DNA from: Epiperipatus broadwayi
Taxonomy: Eukaryota > Animalia > Onychophora
Length of the DNA stretch: 64,000 bases
Reading direction: 5' to 3'
NCBI GenBank assembly: GCA_028023455.1
Contig: JAQFVV010000007.1
Span: forward strand, 14,942,001-15,006,000
A model generated the notes under the pieces. The model saw only the letters and a list, made by a program, of their open reading frames with translations. It searched no databases and was not told the DNA's origin. Below are positions 38,474 to 51,799 of this stretch, piece after piece (the first letter of the stretch is position 1; the number at the start of each line of letters is the position of its first letter). The position numbers were made by a program, and so were the translations under genes.

Positions 38474-41400
38474 TAAGTAAGATGCACAAGAGGACAATGG
38501 AAAGATTTTTGGTTTCAATTAATAGCTTTTAAAATTGAGCTTAGTACATTTTAAATAATGATCTTTTTGATTTCAATTCAAAGCCTAATTTAATGATTTA
38601 TTAAACATATATAATATTATACACATACTAAATCTGATATATACATAATAGGTATATCAAAGGATATATATAAGCTAGAAGTACTTTCTACAATCTTTTG
38701 CATAAATAAAACTTCTAAAACATTAAATTTATTTGATACTTAGACTTTATATATATTGTAATGATCAGATTTGTACATTCACATAACAAAACCCAGAGTC
38801 CAAGTAAAATATACTAAAACTGATCAAAATGGGATGGTTAGATTCCAGGTCTGACCAAGCTTCAAGCTAGTTACCAGTGTTCTGTGGCTTAATACCCTAT
38901 GAATAACATTTCTGAGGTTACACATGGATTTTAGTTTAATCTGTGAGCTGTCTGTGAATAGGGAGAAACATGAGAAACAAAAATCAAACACACAATGACT
39001 AACTAGATGGTTAAAATGAACTAATACATGTTAACTTAAGGGTAAATTAACACTTAAAACTATGATTAAACTATAATGTATATAAAATATTAAAGATAAT
39101 AAAGGATTGGAATTGGAATTAAGCAAATTTTATAGAAACAAGTTAAATTTAAATAAATTTATTAATAAATCAAAATCAACAAATGAAAAAGAAAATAATA
39201 ATTATACAATAATAATTATGTGGGATCAAATGCACATAGGCATTACACAGAGAGATAAGAATAAATAGAGTTACAGTGTACCTCATCATAATATGTCTAT
39301 TATATATATATATGTGTGTGTGTGTGTGTTCAGTTAAAAATTATGTCTATATCAATAAATATGCCAAAATCCTATCTCTAAATCATCATGGTTTGCTCAA
39401 TTTTATGAGTGAATATATACAACATGAATATGGGTGCGGTTGGCATATAGATTAAGGTGTGAGCATACAATAAAGTTCAAGGATGATGCATGTTTAGTCT
39501 AATAATCAAAGATTCAGTTTCAGACTAATGCCGAATAACTATTTAATACAGGAAAAAGAACTTGTTACTTTAGATCCACATATATTTGCTATGGCACAGA
39601 ATAAAATATTAAGAAATATGTTTACAATGCATGTGGGTGATTATTCACTGGATTTTGCATCAAAATACATGCTACCCTAAGACCAGATTGCTTGTAACAA
39701 TTGAAATATGAGCATACTGAGTTTAGAATACTTGGATAGGCTTAATAAATGAGACTATGGATCTTTGGACTCCAGTTCTAATAAAATATAGCCTTACTAG
39801 AACTAAGCAAATGGGGATGTCCTCCATCATGAACTCATTAAAAGATATAGCAAGATGTAATGTACAAAATATAATTTGTAAAAACACACCTGCAATACAC
39901 AAATTAAAATACAAATATGTACATTTAAATTAAATGTGCTAACGGAATCCAGTCCTTATAATAAGCATCATAATTGTGCTTATAAATAAAGGACTAAAAT
40001 TATATTATTAATCTAGTTTAATATCCTCAATCCGCATCTTTAATCAGTTTTATTAGGATGAGAAAATATATTTAATGGGCAATTAATAATACATTAATAG
40101 ATATACCTTCATGCTATCTCCAAGGGGTCTTTCACTTTAGATAAAATAGATATTAAAAAGTCATAATTTACAACTCTGATTGCAAACCATAATAGATATC
40201 AATGACTTAAAACTAACTCAAATGATAATAAGGAGCACGTAGCGATCAATTATTTTTTCAATGTAATATGGTTTCAAAACATTGTGTTAGTAAACTAAAT
40301 AAGCATTATTAAAATGTATTAAACTGAAAATATTAATTATTATATCTTCATTGAAAGTTTATTAAAATTAAAGGCACTCACTGTTTTGAAATATTTGGCA
40401 TATCATAACATATAATAAAAGAATTTTGAGTGAAATAAAATAGAACAAAAGATATAGGCATAACCACAGTAATAATGTTTAAATAAACAAATGATTACAG
40501 TTGCTTTAAATTAGAATAGGTAAATGAAAATTTACAGATGTAGTCTCAGGCAAGATTTGTACAAGTTTTATATTGCTTTAAATGAGAGTTTAAAAAATTC
40601 GATTTGAAATGTTCAATTTTACATGATAATTTAGCTTTAGATAGATTAAGGTTTAAAAAATTTAAAGACTATTTTAGAACTCTGTGGTGTTTGGATGATT
40701 ACCTAGCTTCTCGCAGCTTATTCATTGGGCACATCAGATAGCAGATATTGTAGCACTTTTGATCTCTGGATAGGCAGTATAATTTAGTTAAATTCTTGTG
40801 GCACACAAGAACATAACTAAATTATACTTCTACTCTGGCATGTCAAAGTTAAGACTGGCTTGAAGTCTGGTGGGAATGCTTCTTAAAAAATATACTGAGT
40901 ATGATAGTGATATATAAAATATGACCTATTTATATGAGCCCAAGATCTTACAATAATTCTGTCAAGAAAATTATTTTGTGCAAGTGAATCCATTAACACC
41001 TTTTTAAGATTTTAGATTTTAATGTACCTAAATCAGTTAAACCTTTGTTTGAATTTTTAACAGGATGTTAGTGATTAAATTTGAGGACTTCTAATCCTTC
41101 AAGACCTATCAATAGTTCCAGTCAAGTAGATCTTGTTTACAAAAAAATATAGTTTGGAAAAATATTATTGCAAAAATTACAATTTTAGATTTTTATCTCG
41201 TGCTACACTAACATAGATGCCCAGGGTGGGATGCTTGTTTACAAAAATTCTAAGTTAAAATTAAGAATCTTTTTTTCTTTTTTTCATAAGAAATGACTAA
41301 ATAATATTGTGCAATGTATGTATCACAGTAGTACATGGACTGCGCATATATTTATGAATCTAATGTTTAAAATGATAAATTGACTCTTTTAAAGAAACAA

Positions 41401-41500
41401 AATTTGCAATTTAAAATATATTATTTCAAATTAAAATGCCTGTTATAATATAAATATACCTAAGATATTGCAGACGTTTATCTGCATATATATATATAAT

Positions 41501-42069
41501 AATATACCAACCATCATACAATTACAAATATCCAGTAACGCCCTCTGTTTAAAGATCTATATCTCAATAATAGCAAACCTTAAAATGATACCACTTTAAG
41601 GTTGTATGCTAAACGATGTTAAATATTGAAATACAGACCCACTCAAACACAGAGCATGAAATTTTAAATAAGCAAACGATCTTAAATTTTGCTAATAAAC
41701 TAACAAGTTTACAAAGTTATTAAAGACAAACTAAACATTAGATTTTAATCTTTAAATTCCTCCCAAACTATAAATGAAAAGAAAGTTACTGTTAACACTA
41801 ACTGAAATAATTATAGAAATGTTAGTTTATTAGCAAAATTTAAGATCGTTTGCTTATTTAAAATTTCATGCTCTGTGTTTGAGTGGGTCTGTATTTCAAT
41901 ATTTAACATCGTTTAGCATACAACCTTAAAGTGGTATCATTTTAAGGTTTGCTATTATTGAGATATAGATCTTTAAACAGAGGGCGTTACTGGATATTTG
42001 TAATTGTATGATGGTTGGTATATTTTCTATAATTATTTCAGTTAGTGTTAACAGTAACTTTCTTTTCAT
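41501..42069. repeat. Perfect interlocked inverted repeats A-X-B-A'-B' between two (TA)n tracts
   Basis: A (41501-41705) and A' (41820-42024) are 205 bp with no mismatch seen by eye; B (41774-41819) and B' (42024-42069) are 46 bp. Confidence 0.95.
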
Positions 42070-42409
42070 ATATATATATATATATATTCAGTGACACATA
42101 TACAACTGTGTTAGCATCTTTATGTATGTACTCATGAAGGGTTTAAAGCTGGCACAGATAGAGCTATTGGGGGAAAATTAGGTCAAATGTATATGAGGAT
42201 AGGAATATACCATTTCATAATATATATATATATAAGTAATAATTATATTATTTAAAATTAAATTTATATAGAGATAGATTGCTTAACAAAAAGAAAACTG
42301 CAAAGTATCCAAATACTAAAAAATAAAATATAACAGAGGAGGGAACTGCAAAGTATTCAAATACTAAAAAATAAAATATAACAGAGATAAAAAATATTTT
42401 ATATTAGAT

Positions 42410-42591
42410 CAGAGTTTTTTAATCTGAGGGTCATGACCCCTTTGAAGGTTGAACAACCCTTTCACAGGACTCACGTGAGACCATTGGGAAACACATTTTC
42501 GATTCATAACAATAGCAAAATTAAAGGTTGGGGGTCACCACGACATAAGGAACTGTATTAAAGGGCTACGGCATTAGGAAGGTAGCTACTG
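42410..42591. mobile_element. hAT MITE resembling the SPIN/URR1 family
   Basis: 8-bp TSD TATTAGAT at 42402-42409 and 42592-42599. Internal blocks gacccctttg..ggttgaacaaccctttcacagg, cgattcataacaatagcaaaatta and ggttgggggtcaccac..cat.aggaactgtattaaaggg...ggcattaggaagg match the URR1/SPIN MITE consensus as I recall it. Confidence 0.8.
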
Positions 42592-42604
42592 TATTAGATA
42601 CTTT

Positions 42605-42830
42605 TATTTGTTTTGCATTAAAATCCAAAAACATAATTGTTTCTTCAACTGTGATTGAGGTTCTTAAATTGAACATGAAATAATATTATAAGGGGGGGGG
42701 GGTCAACATAGGAATGAAGTTAACTGATTTCTGGATCTCTTGTGCTTTTATTTTAAGTTCAGTCTAAAAACCCTAATTATGGTTGAAGAAACAATTACTT
42801 TTTTGTTTTTTAATGCATGACAAATGCATC
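42605..42830. repeat. Imperfect foldback
   Basis: taattgtttcttcaac / gttgaagaaacaatta, with further complementary blocks on either side. Confidence 0.65.
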
Positions 42831-45800
42831 TACTATAAAATATTTTTAACTCTATTATTTCAACTCTGCAATTATGTGAAAAAATTGAGCAGTCATTACA
42901 TATATATTGCCTAATTTATATTTGGCTGAAAAATCATGTGGGCATGGTGATTATGGTCAATATACTTCTTATAATCAAATACAAATAACTATGATAACTT
43001 CTTCACTGAAATATAAAAAATTAAAGGTTACATTATTATCTTATTCTCAAATAAAACATTGAAAATATTAAATATAATCTTAGTGTATCAGTGCTCTATT
43101 TTCCAAAAAGTATATGCTATTAATATTGCCCACAATACTAACAATTTAGATTCTTTATTATTTCTATAACAAATGCAACAATTGTTATATATCGAAAACT
43201 AAGTTAAGCATTACGTAATTTTGTCTTGGATGCTCATTTACTAGATTGAAGTCTTTTTAGAGTTAATAAACCTGATTAAAAGTTGGTCTGTTTATAAATA
43301 ATATAAGGAATCAAACAGAACAAGAAAATATTAACTACATATATAATATTTTTTGAATAAGTACAGAAATAACATTAAAAATTATTTTAAACATTTGTAA
43401 AAAATAGATTAGTTTCATTACGTTTTTTAACATTCTTTTTCTCTCTCTCGTTTTGTGAATTCTTATTTTTAACATTAACTAGAAAACAGGACAGAATAAT
43501 CTTTTTGAATGTCTCCAACTGAAAATGGTCTTATTATGTTTTTAACACTTTCAATAAAAAGATTCATTCTAATGATGAAAAAGATTTAATTAATGATATA
43601 ACAACTTTAAAAACTAATAATTGTTTACCCCCTTTAATTGGGACTACTGCCCAATGATCAAACTAATACATCTTTTATATTTTGTTTTATCCAAAATTCA
43701 AGGTGTCTGCAGTTGGGGTAAAACTGAGATCACTGAAATATGTAATTAGTGTTCAAGTGTTAGATTTATATATAACGAGTTTGGGTTCAAATCTTAAGGT
43801 TATGATTTCACTTTTTATATTAAAATTGGATAGAAATCAGCCTCTACCTTGTGTGAGAATGGTATAATAAAAATATTAAACTTCCAATATAGGTATAAAA
43901 TATTCAGTTTGTGATACTTCTAGATTCACACAACACTATCACATAATTCCAGCTTATATGTTGCACCTATCGCATGACTCCAGCTTATATGATGCTGTTT
44001 CAGCACTATACTTTTTTTTACATCACAGTTATAAATATATAAGCAAGTCAGCTCAGATTGAAAGCATATATATGTTTTTTTTTTCAATTTGGGCTGATAG
44101 CTTGATAGTAACACAGAGAGAGAAATTATGGCTGCTAAAAGACAAGTGCATTAGATTCTAAAGGTTCAAATGCATTGTTCCAAGATTCAAAGCTCCCCAA
44201 TGATAAAAACTGTATGCTTAAAATTAGTCTGGGAATATTAGATTGAACAATATAGAATAGGATTGTTTAAGCACTATTATTTAACATCTATTTGTTACTA
44301 AAGCTTACAATATGTGGCATAGCATGATGAAAGGCAAAATATACCTCTCCCTTATCTCATAAATGAAGTTTGCTTGTGATTTGCATGCATATTGAAAAAG
44401 AATGATCTGAGTTTCTATGAAAGTGGATGGTTGAGATACAGTGGATATAAAATGAGGAGCCTTGGAAAAAACAAATGGGTGAAAATGATATCAAGTAATC
44501 AATTCATATATAGATTTCATGTCTTTGACATCTTTTAAATCACCTGAGAAGTAATACTTGTTCATAAAGTTCATGCATAATAAGAGGGATAATCTTATTT
44601 TTATGCTAGTAAATGACTGTGATATGATAGAGATGAGAAATGCATTGATAAAAGAAATTTGAAATATCTCTACAGTGGAGTAATTATTTCTCATTCTACA
44701 CAATGGTAAAAATGTGTAAAAACCAGAACCTATTTTTTGTAAGAATAGTGTAGAGAAATAATATGGAGCTGCCAAAATAGCATAAAACTCCATGAAATTT
44801 ACATATATTACATAGTGATGGAGGTGGTCTGGGGTATTCACAATATACACATGTAGTTCTGTGTTGCTGAATGTTTGTGATATGGTAGATTTGACATAAG
44901 GAATGCATTTGATTTTATTAATAAGATAAGAGTAAAAAATACTGTGTAAAGAATAATCAAATTCAAAGATACTACACTAAAAGATGGTCAATTATCTAAA
45001 AACTTTATAGTATGGCTAACTATCTTTGGCATCCATTAAAAATAAAAATAAAGTTATGTGGGCAGTTATTTTGAAGATTGTATAAACTTTTCCTACACAA
45101 ATAGCAATATGGGTATAATTCTTCTATGCAATTGGCAACAATGAATTGGGTTGTTGTTTTTTTTTAGATTTTTTTAACTGGAAATAAATATAGAACCATT
45201 CATCTCTTTGATTCTTAATTTTACCACTGAGCTAAATGGCATAGGACCATGTCCTTTAATTGTTATTCCTTTCTTACATTGAAGTTTCTGAAATTAGATA
45301 AAATTATTACTTATGTAAAATATTTTTTTATTTTGTAGTAAAATTCTAACAATTTCTTGTTTTTTTATTTATTGTATGTTAAAGTTTATAAAAGATAATA
45401 TTCAAATACTAACATGGCTGAAAATATATAAAACATGGAATTGACTAATTAGGAGTTAATCTCATCTGACACTCTTTCCCCTGGTATAATGGGGAACATT
45501 ATTATTTTTAATTAATAATTTTAAATATAATACACTAAAGTGAATCATGTTAATAAATATCTGTCTATATAACTATGGAAGTGTATCTAGACTTTGTTTG
45601 TAGCTAAACTTACCTTTGCATCGAATAATAATAAAAAGTAATGCAGTATAAGATATGTGCAGTTGATCACATTGGTAGAATGACATACTCAAATGTAATG
45701 TTTCAGGGTTGATTCTCAGATGAACATCATAAATAAAAATAGCAGTCCAATTAGTTAAATAGTGCTCAACCTGCCACTAGGATGTGCTATCTTCTCAGAA

Positions 45801-46769
45801 CTTCCTGAGAAAATAATTGTTTGTTTTCTACTGAATCCACTCCAAATATTTAATTATAATGTTTGTCTTTCTTCATGTACATAAAAGCATGTGTTTCTGA
45901 ATTTTTAAATAGTGTATTCTTTACCTCAACTCCACCATATTGTTTAATTGACTGTCAGCACAAAAACTCAGACTATCTTCATTCATTTTGCAGACATGTT
46001 GTGAGTAAGCATCACTCATCAATTGAACTAGAAGTATCGAATACCTAAATTTCTATGTCCACATTGACAATTTTATATTTTTTTTTATAACCATTTTTTT
46101 CACAGTTGTGATATGGTAAACTTGAGAGAAATGCACTGTAAATTCCATCCTGCCCCCCCCCCTAAAAAAAGAGATTTCAAAATAGAAGCAACTTTGTTTG
46201 ATTTTATTACAGCATATTAAAATTTTTTTTTAATAAAATCATATATTTTCATATTAAAATGATATGGTTTCTGCTACATGCTAAATTCTTTACTTAAAAA
46301 CCTGTATGTATAAAATGATAGCAGAGTCTGTTCACCAAAAATAATTGTTGATCATTATTATAATTATTATTCTAAAGTATCAAATGGGCTTCTGGAATTG
46401 CAGTTTCTTGTTTCTTCTATACATTCAATGTGGCTAATATAAAGTTAACTGGTGACAAGTTCTTCTACAAAACACCTAGAGCACTATCAATTAAGACATT
46501 TGTGGTCAAATAGATTAGTTATTCACCACAAATGCTTGAGGTACTACCACATCTGGAACACGTGTTATGACATATAATGTGGAAGCATATTTCAATGACT
46601 CAATATAATATATTTTATTTTAAATTGGAAAAACCGCCTGAAATCTTTGAAAAAATTTATCCTACATTTGTCAATGAATCAATGGGAGACCAGATTATCT
46701 TCAAGTGATTTGCAAGATGGCAGGGAGAATATTGAAGATGATAGTAATTTTTAAAAAATTCTGTAGTGA

Positions 46770-47010
46770 AAATGATCTCTTATATCATCAGCAAGATTAT
46801 ATTTTCTATCCTTTTTTCTCATTTTCATTCACCATTTCCTCCATAACATCTTTTATTAAACTATTCTTCCATCTTAATACATTCATAATCCAGTTTACCT
46901 TTCATCTCAAAAAAAGAAGATTGATTGAGGAAATTAATTTACTTTTTCCAAAACTTCATTTGTCATTTTTTCCATCTACCTAATATTTTCCATCCTTCTT
47001 CATGACTATA
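46770..47010 (-). mobile_element. Decayed LINE (RTE/RTEX-like) C-terminal fragment
   Basis: Minus strand WKKMTNEVLEKV...KGKLDYEC...NSLIKDVMEEMV resembles the W..K.TNE.VL...GH.LR...L.K.V.EG pattern. Confidence 0.55.
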
Positions 47011-48061
47011 TCTCAAAGGCTTTCAATCTATTACTACTTTTTTTATCCAATATTTATTGTTAATAAATATTTATTTAACAAAGCCACAAATTTTATTCAT
47101 TCTTTTTACTAAAAACCAAATGTTTTAAAATCTGACTTTTAAAAGTTGATCATTTTCTAGATTAAGATTATTAAATAAATGTTTTTCATGGTTTGGTGCA
47201 GAAGTGGCATGAAAGAACTCTGAAACATAAGTTCCCGGAATTAAACCCAGCTCTCTCATTTTGGTGTTCAAATGTCTTATGAACTTTCAAGCAATAAAGA
47301 TACTGGATTATTATTTACTGTTGCATAAATTAATATCTGAAGCTTGAAAACATCAATATTTTGTCATATATTACATTCAGAAAGAGACTTGAGATATACT
47401 CATTACAACAATTATCTTCTATGTTTGCAACATGGGGTTTAAATGCGGGTAGTACTTAAAAGACTTTGCACATACTTGAGTATTTTAATCATGTTTATAT
47501 TGTTCCAAGTGAAATATTTATAGACAATTTGTTATATTTTAATCTAAAGTGTTGCCTCACTTCTGACTCTACAACCACAACCCATAACCTTTCAGATAAC
47601 TACCTCAATGGCCATTATTAATTAAGATATTTATCTGGGAAGAGGATCATAATTGTGAGTTCAGAAAATTTGACACCTATATTGAGCAAGAATAATGAAA
47701 ACATCTGAGAATTATGACCTGAGACACTTGAGGTAATACTGACTCAGCGAGAAGTGTTTTCTGACAGTTCATTGGCTAATTCAAATGTCTTTATTTAGGT
47801 AATTAAAGTATTATTGAGAAAATGAAAAGTTTTATAGGCAACCTAAATAATTTTTTAATTATTGGTCAGTATATGAATATTTATATATAATTTTAAGTTT
47901 TAAGAGTAAGTTAATCATTAAAATATCAAGAATAATATTTGTCTGTGCATAGCCAGCTGTTTCAAATATTGTATCAGGTTTTTTTTTAATTTTGGTAAAT
48001 AATTTATAATAAAATTTATGACAAAAAATTAAATATTTTTGCAATGTAAATAATTTTTATT

Positions 48062-48163
48062 TGTCAAGCATTGTTAGCCGAGAAGTCAGTCCAGCCGGCT
48101 TACAAGCAAGTAGTTGGTTGCAGACGGTTGTTGCCGGTTCGCCTCCCAGCCGATATTATGACA
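48062..48163 (+). pseudogene. tRNA-Gly-derived repeat with an internal insertion
   Basis: tgtcaa-gcattgttagccgag...ggttcgcctcccagccgat-attatgaca is homologous to the 32144 and 49751 copies. Confidence 0.55.
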
Positions 48164-49757
48164 TATGGAAAAAAAAATAATAATAATTTTATTTTGCTTG
48201 ACTCAAATAAAAAAAATTAAAACTTTTATCATAATTAATAAGATAAAAGCAGCTCTTCCTCTTAATGCCACCTAGTGTAAGCTTCATAACTCACTGTCTA
48301 TCAGATCTATAGAAAAATTTTAACTTTAGTATTTAATTCCCCCATCTTTTTATTGGATTCTAGATTTTTGCCTTTATAAATAAAGCTTGGTATCAAAATT
48401 GAAAAGAGTGCAGATATACACCTAACAATCATTTTTAGTTTCATTTTATCTATCAAGCTAAAAACTTAATATGCACAGTCTATGGCTAATTTGATGTTAA
48501 ATAATTAATAATTATCAAGTAGTTTTATTCCTCAGGATTTCACAAAGGTCCAAACACTGGAAGTGATAAAGCTGAGTCATGAACTTTGAACTTCAGAATC
48601 TGCCATACTACACTCTCCAAATTTTATAGGGCAATGTGTGTTCCACAATCTGATAGGTAAAATGAATTAGAGGTGATTTCTGAATGCTTCTCTGCATTAT
48701 TTCTTCTGACATTAGAACCAAGCTCTAAATACTATAACCATAAACTCCAAACCAACCTAGGATAGTGAACTTTATATGGTTGATATAATGATATGCTGCT
48801 CTTATCATATCATTATAATTAAGCTGAGAAATTTGATATTTTTTTTATATTTAATATGAAATTTTACCATATTATTTAGATAACACTTTGAAAGTATTTT
48901 TAAAATATATAATTCAAACTTCAACATCAAGTATTATTTTTGACTCTCCTTATTATAAATTTCAATTTTTAAAATCTGAAAGTTCAGGGTTACAGAAATT
49001 GCTTTGGTTCTATAGTTATGTTGTGATAAATTATATGTAGAACTAAAAAAATGGCACTCATGAAGTGGGTGTGATGTGATGAAGTTTATATGAAGGATGA
49101 CCTAGTAAAAATGATAAAACCTAGAAACATGAAAGCTTTTAAAAGAAAAAGTAAAAAATATCTTTATTAATATTTAAAAAGAGAAAATGTAATATGTAAA
49201 TAAATTATAAAGAACATGTTAAAAGAAAGTGAGGAAAGAATAAATAGGAGAAAAAAAGTTTAAAAAAATAAAGCAAGGTTAATTTAGTCACTTAATATGT
49301 CAAATAATATTGAAGCACTGGAAATAGTAACTTTAACTCTTAAGTTTATCACTTTACAATTGTAGTAAATTGCCCAGGATAAAAAAAAAGTTAATAGATT
49401 ATCTTAGAAAAAAGTTAATGGATTATCTAATGGAAGATTGTTCCTATGTGCTTTTGAAAATTATAGGAAATGGAAGAAGCACACAAAGAAAGAGGCTTGG
49501 GTTGATAGGGTGATGATGAATTTAATCATGAAGAATTTGCCTTTGGCTAATTAGGAGATAGATGGTGGATAAATGAAATTATCTTGAAAAAAGCAGTATT
49601 CGTTGATAATTGATAGAAAATGTAAATTATTTATTTTAATTTTAAGACATTTTCATAATCAACAGATTATCATTTATAGCTTTTAATAAAAACATCTTTT
49701 AAAATTTTATGTCAATCTTTATTTTACACTATTTCAGTATGAAAGTAAGTTGTTCAA

Positions 49758-49829
49758 GCGTTGGTGGCCGAGTGGTTAGCACAGCTGCCTTAGAAGCAGT
49801 TATCGCGTGTTTGCTTCCCGGCTGATGCT
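49758..49829 (+). pseudogene. tRNA-Gly-derived pseudogene, anticodon now TAG
   Basis: GCGTTGGTGGCCGAGTGGTTAGCACAGCTGC CTTAGAA GCAGT...TTTGCTTCCCGGCTGATGC; the T arm is broken. Confidence 0.8.
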
Positions 49830-51034
49830 TTGACACATGAAAAAAAAAGTAAAGAAAATTTTTCAATGTACTCAAAAAGTAATATTTTTTTCTGCCTCTG
49901 ACTTCTAGCTAGATTCTTTTTTCACTAGATATAAGATGTATAAATAAACATATAAACAAAATTAATATATATATATATATGAATATATTCATTTTGATCT
50001 CATTTCCTGAAGCATTTTGTTTTAAAATTTTTACAATAAACTTTATAATCAATTGCCACAGCACTAAATATTTGGAATTATCTATAAGTTGATGTTTTTT
50101 ATTAGTAAATCCAGAAGCCTTACAGAGCTGAAAACAAAGGAAGAAAACAAACTCTAAAGGTTGTGATGCAAAAATTATGTCCATACTGATAACACACAAA
50201 CGTATTATTAATGACATACTAAACATGTTTTGATTACTGAATATAAAACCTTAATGTTTTAGCATGCTATTGCTAATAAAATTGTATTGTATTTAAACAA
50301 TTGCTTACTTTTCAACCCACTTTATTTGGGGGGGGGGGGATAAGTATTTTAAAACCAACTGCTTGTGTGTCTAAATTATGAATAAATATTCAAATATTTA
50401 TCAACTCATTAAGTAAAATATTAAATTCCTTTGTAGCATAATGCAAAACAGCCTTTTAAGTATTGCATCAGTACTTCAAGTAGAGGAAATTAAAACAAAA
50501 CACATTTGCCATAAGGTTTTTCAACAGTGAAATGATGAGAGTTTGGCGATTTTTCATCACTATGATGACTCTTTAGCCACTCACTATTTGAATAGTTTAT
50601 TACGCTGACTATAATCTTAAAAAAAAATGTTTTTGACCTGATCCAGATTAGAGGTCCAGAATGCGTGCATGGTGGGCTGATATGCAAACTATTTCAATAT
50701 GATTACCTATATTCATATATATATATTTGAGAGTTTTTAAAATTAAGAATACTATAAAATGCAGCTTTACAAGTGTTCGTTTTATGAGAATCAAAAGCTT
50801 TTCGTATTATATTAGGCTACATTTGTTTTTGGTTAAAATTTTCTTCGACCCCAAAAGAAAATTAAGAACAAAATGAATATTGTGCAAATAGAAACATTCT
50901 GAAAATGTTAAACCTTCATTTTATTGTTTTAATTAGACCGAGACTATACCCATATGTAGATTTTTATGTGTATACATATATTTTTTTTATTTGGTAACTT
51001 TCTGCATTAAGTGCGCATGGAAATACAGATGAAT

Positions 51035-51550
51035 AAATTATAACTATACGATAACCGTATTATCTTTCTTACAGTTTATTTTATTGTATGTGCTTAGCCG
51101 ACTTTCGACTCTTACGAGTCATACTGTGGCTTAATTGGTAAATTAGGGGTGGGTGTATATATGATGTTATTTCTCATTTACATAAAATTTAAATTTGAGC
51201 TTTAATTAGGGTGGAAGAGGCCATCTTTTTGAGATTGACACGCATGATTCTTTTTTATTGATGGAATTTTTACCCTTTGATGTGTGGCATGCCTCTTTAA
51301 TTTTTCGCTTAAAGTCGTTATATTCAGTGCACGCACACTGTCAACAAATGATGGGATGAAAGGATGACCAATTGTTAAAAAATATTCAAAAAATACTGAG
51401 TGTGTATCCGTATTAATTGTGGACTTATTACATACATCCACTTCTAATTTACAATTTAAACTACGTCTATGACTCGTGGGAGTCGAAATTTGGCTAAGCA
51501 CATAAAATAAACAAACTGTAAGAAAGCTTTCCTCATATAGTTATAATTAT
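51035..51550 (-). mobile_element. Penelope-like remnant between inverted pseudo-LTR-like arms
   Basis: Arms ~51035-51134 and ~51460-51550 are complementary. The internal minus ORF contains TLSEKLKRHATHQRVKI, resembling the PLE RT-EN linker. Each arm has a GACTC-loop-GAGTC-GAAA hammerhead-like stem II. Confidence 0.6.
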
Positions 51551-51799
51551 AGTAATTTGAGTTACAGCTTGTAATTTTATAATTAAATGAATAAATTAAA
51601 AACAGGCAACATGAATTTTAATTTGTAAAAGCATTTGCAGACAACTGATTCTATTTTTATCATGTATAGATTTTTATATTTTTTATTGAAGTACAAACAT
51701 TCTATTAAGTTTGTTGATCCATGCTTGCATAATTAAAACACTTTAAATAAGATTTATTTACAACTCATATCCATATTTTAAAATATACTTATATTAATG

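Noticed and set aside
39723-39914. Hydrophobic minus-strand ORF or exon after a good acceptor
   Set aside because: The donor is weak, the composition is explained by T-richness, and I recognise no homology.
41575-41625. Hammerhead within arm A of the 41.5-kb palindrome
   Set aside because: Both core segments deviate (CTTAAAA, CTAAAC), and the region is better explained by a simple aaccttaaa/tttaaggtt hairpin.
49758-49829. Functional tRNA-Leu(TAG) or identity-switched tRNA
   Set aside because: The T-stem and D-stem do not pair and the body is Gly-type, so it is a pseudogene.
50530-50642. C/D box snoRNA candidate (two ATGATGA, downstream CTGA)
   Set aside because: I see no terminal stem and recognise no rRNA-complementary guide; such words are common in AT-rich DNA.
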